DNA of 14,321 bases, from contig JAOPTX010000061.1 in assembly GCA_051532055.1 (NCBI GenBank), positions 1-14,321 of the forward strand, given 5' to 3'. This document shows positions 8,869-14,321 of this stretch, one piece after another. This stretch comes from Fibrobacterales bacterium (GTDB lineage: Bacteria; Fibrobacterota; Fibrobacteria; Fibrobacterales; JAOPTW01). The notes beneath the pieces are model-generated. The model made no database searches and was not told the origin of the DNA. It was given only the letters and a program-made list of their open reading frames with translations. How positions within the stretch are numbered: position 1 is the first letter of the stretch; each line of letters opens with the position of its first letter. Both the position numbers and the translations under genes were made by a program.

Positions 8869-8899
8869 AAAAAAGGAGCCATTAGGAGGCTCCTTTTTT
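8869..8899. terminator. Bidirectional intrinsic terminator; on the - strand it follows the DUF3347 gene
   Basis: AAAAAAGGAGCC-ATTAGGA-GGCTCCTTTTTT is a perfect inverted repeat with A/T tracts on both sides, ~10 nt past the stop at 8909. Confidence 0.9.
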
Positions 8900-8908
8900 G
8901 ATGATATA

Positions 8909-9565
8909 TTAAAGAGTTTGTCCCATCATGCCACAACGACGCATTTTCTTATCGTGGTAGGGGTCTTTGGGAGAATCAGTTGGTTGAATCCAATATGTTT
9001 TTTTGAATTTTTTAAACATAGGGCAGTAGGCGATATTTGCTTCAAGTTCACCGCTATAGCTGTTTTCAACCAAAATAGTAATCACTTTTTCAGAGAGATC
9101 TTTAAACGCAAATCTTACAGCGTCGATATCCTTGGCTTGAGACACTTCCTGTGCGCTCTTAGCAAGGTCTACTTTTGATATAGATTTTGAGAGTGTTGCG
9201 GGTACATTTGCTAGGCTTTTACTGAAGATTTTTGCTGCAGCAATGCTCCCCGTAAAATCATCAGTGATGAGTGCTTTGTAGATGTCATTATATTTACCGT
9301 GTATCATTCCTGCGAGTGGATCGGGAAGTATTTTTGAAGCGGGTTTTGGAAATATGAACTCCTTTACTGGAGCTGCTTCTATTTTAGGTTCGTGTGCATG
9401 ACCTGAATGGTCTTCATGAGTATGTCCGGCGTGAGGGTCTGCTTGTGGGGCTTCGACTTTAGTTGTAGGTTCAACTTTTGGAGTTTCAACCTTTTTTTCA
9501 TCTTTGTTACAAGCGCTCGTTAGCATGAGTGCACCAGCTGAGAGAATGAGGAGTGTTTTGTTCAT
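8909..9565 (-). CDS. DUF3347-like putative heavy-metal-binding lipoprotein
   Basis: Lipobox LTSA-C and His-rich linker PHAGHTHEDHSGHAH. Also RFAFKDLS and YCPM...YW......DPY...MRRCG, like the CPM/NPY/MxxCG signature of DUF3347. SD AAAGGA upstream. Confidence 0.75.
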   Translation of the reverse strand: MNKTLLILSAGALMLTSACNKDEKKVETPKVEPTTKVEAPQADPHAGHTHEDHSGHAHEPKIEAAPVKEFIFPKPASKILPDPLAGMIHGKYNDIYKALITDDFTGSIAAAKIFSKSLANVPATLSKSISKVDLAKSAQEVSQAKDIDAVRFAFKDLSEKVITILVENSYSGELEANIAYCPMFKKFKKTYWIQPTDSPKDPYHDKKMRRCGMMGQTL

Positions 9566-9600
9566 AGTTTATCCTTTTGTTATAATGAGAGGAAAATAAT

Positions 9601-9626
9601 AAAAAAATACTCATTTGGGCTGAGTA
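9601..9626 (-). terminator. Weak terminator-like hairpin between the HD gene and the lipoprotein gene
   Basis: The - strand reads TACTCA-GCCCAAA-TGAGTA followed by T7. The stem is only 6 bp and AT-rich. Confidence 0.35.
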
Positions 9627-9752
9627 ACTGCAACAGTGAAAGGCGTGAGCATAGACAACCGAATCTATTACATGGAAATAGTGTGAGCTGGGAAATAACT
9701 ATAAAGGCTGTCCAATGAATTGTGTCGATATTGAATGTTGAATGGTGAGAGG

Positions 9753-10856
9753 TTAAAAGCCCAGCATCATTTTTGTTTCAAGTTGTTCATTACGGAATGT
9801 TTTAGTTATTTTCACATGGTTATGTGGGTGGGTATTATAAAACGTTTTATGGGCGAGTGGCTCTATCTTACCTTGCTGTATTATAAAGATTGATGCAAGT
9901 ATGGGGTTCTGAATTGAACCAGTACGGGCTCCGACAACTTTACAAACTTCGTTTCTGTCAGTAATTACCCAACTTCCGATAGGGAAGATTGAAAGTGTTG
10001 ATATGAAAATAGAGAAAAAGCGTTTATGATAGAGTCCTATTTTACCGTCTTGAATCAGGAAGTGAATCGATTTATTAGGGGTATGAAAGCGGCATCGGGA
10101 TTCAAATTGATTTGCAATCTGAATAATAGAGACAAAGTCATGTATTTCATTTGAGGGAGTATTATTGAGGCGACCATTCCCATCATGAAATTCATGATGA
10201 TGATACACGGCAAAAGCAGCAGTAATAGGGACTTTTGTAAGGTTTTTTAATAGGGCCAATCCTTCAATAGCATGGTTATCAAATTTCTCGAGAGCATCAA
10301 ACTCTAAGTATTCATCCACCATCACTCGTTTTTCACTTCTCTTGTGGCCTACGTCGTGAAGAAGGGCAGCAATGGTTAATTCTAGCAGCTGAGAGGTGCC
10401 GTATTCTGCTTGTACTCCGACTGCCATTGAGAGAATTGCTACATTAATGGAATGATAGGCAATAAAGAGGTCGTGATCACCTGCGACTCTTTTATTTACA
10501 AGGTTGAGTAGGTAAAAGGGCGCTTTTTGATAGGTCTGGAGAATTTCCTTACTCATATCCATAAGGAGCTCAAATTTAACCTTTTTACCATTGTGTAGTA
10601 GATTGAGGTAGCGGTCGAGTTGTTCAACCCAATTAATGTAGCGATCGTCAAATCGTTGTAAGCTACTAGTGGGAGTGAATTCAGGGTGTGTTTCGGGAGG
10701 TTCGTGGAGAATGTCTGACATCATGTCAACTACAAATATTGAGGAGTCTTTGGCAAGTCGATTTAACCCTTCAGGGGTAAGTTCTGTAGTAGGTGACTGT
10801 ATAAAGCTGTGATCAGGTAAAACAATCTCGCTCATTGTGGTTGCGATAAGCTCCAT
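9753..10856 (-). CDS. HD-GYP-like HD-domain protein with degenerate motifs
   Basis: YHSINVA, LLHDVG, HHHEFHDGNG(RL instead of YP), IIQIANQF, and the C-terminal IFPIGSWV...NEVCKVV module typical of this HD-GYP subgroup. SD GGGAGA upstream. Confidence 0.8.
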   Translation of the reverse strand: MELIATTMSEIVLPDHSFIQSPTTELTPEGLNRLAKDSSIFVVDMMSDILHEPPETHPEFTPTSSLQRFDDRYINWVEQLDRYLNLLHNGKKVKFELLMDMSKEILQTYQKAPFYLLNLVNKRVAGDHDLFIAYHSINVAILSMAVGVQAEYGTSQLLELTIAALLHDVGHKRSEKRVMVDEYLEFDALEKFDNHAIEGLALLKNLTKVPITAAFAVYHHHEFHDGNGRLNNTPSNEIHDFVSIIQIANQFESRCRFHTPNKSIHFLIQDGKIGLYHKRFFSIFISTLSIFPIGSWVITDRNEVCKVVGARTGSIQNPILASIFIIQQGKIEPLAHKTFYNTHPHNHVKITKTFRNEQLETKMMLGF

Positions 10857-10995
10857 ATTTTTCTCCCATTAACCCCATAATTCTCTAAATATATACCGGA
10901 ATTCTGGTATGTAAAACTGTTATTTACAAAAAACATCATTGCCTTTGAGGTGATTGATAAGATTTTGCTTTTTGAGTCAATAATCAGTACTATCG

Positions 10996-11403
10996 TTAGA
11001 TATTGATTTGATGAGATGAGAGATATTTGGCAAATTTCATATCTTCTTCTAATGTATGATTGAAAAACCACTTGATTAGGAAGTCAATGAGCTCGAGAGT
11101 TTTATCCTTAGTGACATTTCCAGATGAGGTATAGGTTGTTAAATTATCTATTAAATCACCATGAAGGTCGGCGTGATCATAGTGATGGGGGTAATTGAAT
11201 TTTTTCATGATATTCTCTTCACTGCAAAAATGAAACTGAGCATAGAGCGAGAGCTCATCCATCATACGCATAAGAAAATCATCATTATCTATTTTGTGAC
11301 ACTCTTCATAGAACTTTTTAATAAGGTTCAAGAAAAATTTGTGCTGGTCATCAATAGCGCTCACTCCAAGTTCATATTTTTCTTGCCACTCTAAATTATA
11401 CAT
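10996..11403 (-). CDS. Bacteriohemerythrin (single-domain non-heme di-iron protein)
   Basis: W...Y.LGV..IDDQH, HFCSEE, YP....HADLH and WFFNHTLEED give a complete H, HxxxE, HxxxH, HxxxxD ligand set. Alternative start 11433. Confidence 0.92.
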   Translation of the reverse strand: MYNLEWQEKYELGVSAIDDQHKFFLNLIKKFYEECHKIDNDDFLMRMMDELSLYAQFHFCSEENIMKKFNYPHHYDHADLHGDLIDNLTTYTSSGNVTKDKTLELIDFLIKWFFNHTLEEDMKFAKYLSSHQINI

Positions 11404-11494
11404 GATTTTATCTCTTAGATCCCATTGTATCATTGTAGTGGAATTTTAGCCATTTGTCAATTGCAATGATTCACTTGAACAATATGCTTATTGT

Positions 11495-11615
11495 AAAAAA
11501 GGCCCACCCCAGAGAATTGTAACTCCTGATCTAAGAAAGAATCACGAAGAAGGAGTATTCAAGGGGTAATCAAGGGGCAAAAGAGGTTGTATCTAACTTA
11601 TCGAAAAGGAGGATT
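11495..11615 (-). ncRNA. Candidate structured small RNA or leader of unknown family
   Basis: Nested complementary segments (GCCC, ACCCC, GAAT, ACTCCT, GAT with their partners) end in T6 on the - strand, with five C/U-rich anti-SD-like motifs. The 5' boundary is unknown. Confidence 0.4.
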
Positions 11616-12074
11616 GGAAATGCCTTTACAATGAATGTATGGGACAGTTGTATATAGTAAGCAGGTGTAGTGCTTTTTAAAAACTTACGAGATTTGCTTT
11701 GATGAGATTGTTGAACCTATTAAGTTTCAAGGTGTAAATTGAATATAGACCGAGGAATGTTTTAATTTCTCAGTATTAAAAAAGATGCAAGGAAGGATAT
11801 TGTAATATGAGTTAAAGATCTCCAAAAGTTTACAGTAGACATGTAATTGTTATTTTTGAGCTACCCTATATTGTACCTAATACACTATGAGTGTGTCGTG
11901 TTGTGACTCATCTCCCAGAAAATATTTAGTTATTTGCTTGCACTGTGTGAGTTATCTTTTGTTTATACCTTTTTAATTGATATGTAAACTATGAATTTAC
12001 TTTTTAAAATTTGTTTCGATCAAACTTAAAATAAGGTGAAATTAATGTAAGTAAACAACGTGTCTTTGTTACAC

Positions 12075-12094
12075 TTTGTGATTGCGGTCATAAA
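12075..12094. promoter_or_regulatory. CRP/FNR-family-like (or Rex-like) operator
   Basis: ttTGTGA-TTGCGG-TCATAaa is a 9/10 match to TGTGA-N6-TCACA with palindromic flanks, ~130 nt upstream of ATG 12223. Confidence 0.45.
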
Positions 12095-12222
12095 TAGAGA
12101 GCTTTTAGCTGGTCTTTTATTGAGCGAAATAGTGGCTCAAATGTACAAGCAAAAAATACTCTTTTTAATATATTTTAAAGGATCACTTCACGTGTAGAAT
12201 CGAATGTAAGGGCAGGTTCTGA

Positions 12223-14321
12223 ATGATTTTTAAGCTAGACTTTCTGGGATTACGATTATTACTCCTTTTACTTTTAATAGGGGCGGGCACACTCTCTGCG
12301 CAAGAGGTGATTTATTTATATCATCCATGGGCCGAGAATCAGGATCCTGCAGCGGACCGCTATAAGACTATAGTACCGCACATAACCTGTAATAATGGGG
12401 TTGCTAATGAAGCAATGACTCCGGCATTTGCAGCATTTGGAGATTATTGGTATGTCTTTACTAATGATCGAGGAGGCGTGCGGGATTCATGTTACTTTAT
12501 TATTGATGATAAATATTACGGTAGAGACGGCGTTGAAGGCGCTACACCAATAAATGGGATTTATGTAAATAGTAGTATGATACAACCAAATGGTTCCACG
12601 TGGATTCGCCCTGATTTCACTCGGTATCATAAAAGTAGTTCTCACAATTCCTGGGAACATCATCACGATGAAACTCTCTCTACTTATAAAGAGCATTTTA
12701 TTTATGACCCAATCTATGTGTACGAAAGTCCTGTGACAAGTTTATTAGTATTAGAAGCAACTGTTCGAGATTTTGATCATTCACGATATGATTTTCAGCG
12801 AGGGGCTGCAAGTGATGGAGGACAGCGTACTGGATGTAGTTCGTCAGCACCAACACTAAATATGGTGAGATATAACTTGGGGTCTGATCGTAAGCCTATT
12901 AAAAGCTCAAGTGAGTTGTGTTATAATAGTAAAATGGATGATTGGTTTAATGATTCAGGGAGAAATAATACAACAACGCGTAATTTGGTTTTGACTAATA
13001 ATGGAATAAATTTTAGTAAAGATGTAGATGGCTTTTTTCCAATCAATGATTTTGTAAATGGCAACAACTATATTAACTCATATCAAGAATTTGATGATAA
13101 TAACTTTCATTACTGTATGGAAGTTCATGCTGAGTTTACCTTTAAAACAGGTGATGTGTTTAATTTCGAAGGTGATGATGATGTCTGGGTGTTTATTGAC
13201 AATAAGCGTGTTGTAGATTTAGGAGGAATGCATCAGGCTGTATCTGGTCAGGCTGATATGAGTGGCCTTACTAATGGTGAAACCTATCCTTTTGATTTCT
13301 TTTATTGTGAGCGTCAGACTTCTGGTTCCAATATGAAGATAGAGACCACCTTAAATTTGAGTCAAGGTAATACTGAACCAGAAATCATTGATCCTGGCGC
13401 TCAAACAGTCGATGAAGATAATTCTCTGATAGTACCTATTGTAATATCAGATGCTGAAACAGCTCTTGCTGATCTTACCATTACTGTCAGTTCTAATAAT
13501 CAAACACTTGTTCCAGATGCGAACCTCTCTCTTAATGCAAGTGGTACAGAAATAACAATAGTGCCAATTGGTGATGAGAATGGAGGGCCGATACAAATAA
13601 CAGTATTTGTTTCTGATGGGGAGTTGCAGGCAAGTGTTACTTTCGATGTGACTATTGATCCTGTTAATGATGCGCCAAGTTTTGCAATGATAGATACAAC
13701 GAAAATAAATGAAGATCATCCTCTTGATTCAATAGAGCTGACTTCTGTTAGTAAAGGCCCAGCCAATGAGAATACTCAAATAATCACTTGGACTGTAACA
13801 AAGAAACAAGCAGATAACTGGTATGCCGTTGTACCAAATGTTGTAGAATCAGGTGGAAACTATTTTATAGAGTATCAGGTTGCTCAAAATAATCTAGGTG
13901 AGGATACTTTGAGTGTGGTTTTAGAAGATAATGGTGGGACAGCAAGCGGCGGTATAGATAACTATTCAGATTCAATGGTTCTACAAGTTAGTGGTGTTAA
14001 TGATAGACCGATAATTGTAGCAGCGGGTACTGATAATCTTCTTGAAGATACAACCCTCGAACTCAGTCGTGCAATTTTAACTATTCAAGATCCAGATAAT
14101 AGCCTTGATCAAATGACATTTAAACTTCTTGGTGGTGCCAGTTATACAATTGGTACCGATTCAATCATTAATCCCGATGCCGATTTTAACGGAACACTGA
14201 CTGTACCTGCAGTAATCACTGATGCGGGTGGTTTAAGTGATACCGTGGACCTTTCCATTGAAGTTCTTCCCGTTAATGATGCACCGAGTTTTTCAGTGTT
14301 AGATACAACGAAGATCAATGA
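12223..14321 (+). CDS. Large secreted fibro-slime domain protein with tandem cadherin-like/Ig-like (VNDAP) repeats, 3' partial
   Basis: Frame 1 is open from ATG 12223 to the window end (699 codons, translated by hand). Signal peptide MIFKLDFLGLRLLLLLLLIGAGTLSA/Q. Fibro-slime motifs TVRDF, FFPIND, NFHYCMEVH, FEGDDDVWVFIDNKRVVDLGGMH and FFYCERQTSGSN (~12757-13353). Repeat junctions NTEP 13369, VNDAP 13663, VNDRP 13996 and VNDAP 14272. Confidence 0.92.
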   Translation, partial: MIFKLDFLGLRLLLLLLLIGAGTLSAQEVIYLYHPWAENQDPAADRYKTIVPHITCNNGVANEAMTPAFAAFGDYWYVFTNDRGGVRDSCYFIIDDKYYGRDGVEGATPINGIYVNSSMIQPNGSTWIRPDFTRYHKSSSHNSWEHHHDETLSTYKEHFIYDPIYVYESPVTSLLVLEATVRDFDHSRYDFQRGAASDGGQRTGCSSSAPTLNMVRYNLGSDRKPIKSSSELCYNSKMDDWFNDSGRNNTTTRNLVLTNNGINFSKDVDGFFPINDFVNGNNYINSYQEFDDNNFHYCMEVHAEFTFKTGDVFNFEGDDDVWVFIDNKRVVDLGGMHQAVSGQADMSGLTNGETYPFDFFYCERQTSGSNMKIETTLNLSQGNTEPEIIDPGAQTVDEDNSLIVPIVISDAETALADLTITVSSNNQTLVPDANLSLNASGTEITIVPIGDENGGPIQITVFVSDGELQASVTFDVTIDPVNDAPSFAMIDTTKINEDHPLDSIELTSVSKGPANENTQIITWTVTKKQADNWYAVVPNVVESGGNYFIEYQVAQNNLGEDTLSVVLEDNGGTASGGIDNYSDSMVLQVSGVNDRPIIVAAGTDNLLEDTTLELSRAILTIQDPDNSLDQMTFKLLGGASYTIGTDSIINPDADFNGTLTVPAVITDAGGLSDTVDLSIEVLPVNDAPSFSVLDTTKIN
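13660..14321 (+). repeat. Intragenic repeat with 609-nt (203-aa) period
   Basis: PVNDAPSFAMIDTTKINE at 13660 recurs as PVNDAPSFSVLDTTKIN(E/D) at 14269. The intervening junction at 13996 is dissimilar. Confidence 0.7.

Noticed and set aside
9627..9752. Metal-sensing riboswitch upstream of the DUF3347 lipoprotein; TTGAATG tandem at 9731-9744
   Set aside because: No NiCo, yybP-ykoY or other consensus was recognised. A two-copy 7-mer is expected by chance in AT-rich DNA.
10832..11071. 79-aa - strand ORF bridging hemerythrin and the HD gene, which could imply a frameshifted fusion
   Set aside because: It overlaps both genes out of frame and has no motif. Both genes have clean ends, and the HD gene has its own SD.
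11570..11625. c-di-GMP-I riboswitch suggested by GGCAAA and CGAAA on the + strand
   Set aside because: The spacing is wrong, there is no stem around the GAAA, and the following GACGCAAA-type element is missing.
11550..11800. CsrB/RsmZ-like GGA-repeat RNA on the + strand
   Set aside because: The GGA motifs are few, irregularly spaced and not clearly in hairpin loops.
11434..12222. CRISPR array, IS remnant or tRNA in the long intergenic region
   Set aside because: No regularly spaced repeats, terminal inverted repeats, transposase fragments or cloverleaf were seen.

Overview
AT-rich bacterial window with four blocks. (1) 1-6834, + strand: a tightly coupled assimilatory sulfate-reduction operon. 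It runs cysD (3' end), cysN with a degenerate APS-kinase-like tail, a DUF2061 membrane protein, a MetY-like O-acylhomoserine sulfhydrylase, a ThiF/MoeB adenylyltransferase, a SirC/Met8-like siroheme enzyme and a ferredoxin-type sulfite reductase. This resembles the Wolinella HcyS protein-thiocarboxylate route to homocysteine, but no carrier, JAMM protease or TusA domain is visible. (2) A lone HydE-type radical SAM gene follows a terminator-like hairpin. (3) Four - strand genes: DUF547 secreted protein, DUF3347 His-rich lipoprotein, degenerate HD-GYP-like protein and bacteriohemerythrin. (4) An ~800-nt divergent intergenic region holds a candidate structured RNA and a CRP-like site. It is followed by a large secreted fibro-slime plus cadherin/Ig-repeat protein that is absent from the ORF track and runs off the window. 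The fibro-slime domain with HydE suggests an anaerobic Fibrobacterota-like host (inference). No mobile elements, CRISPR arrays, tRNA or rRNA were seen. All family calls are from motif recognition by eye; no searches were run.
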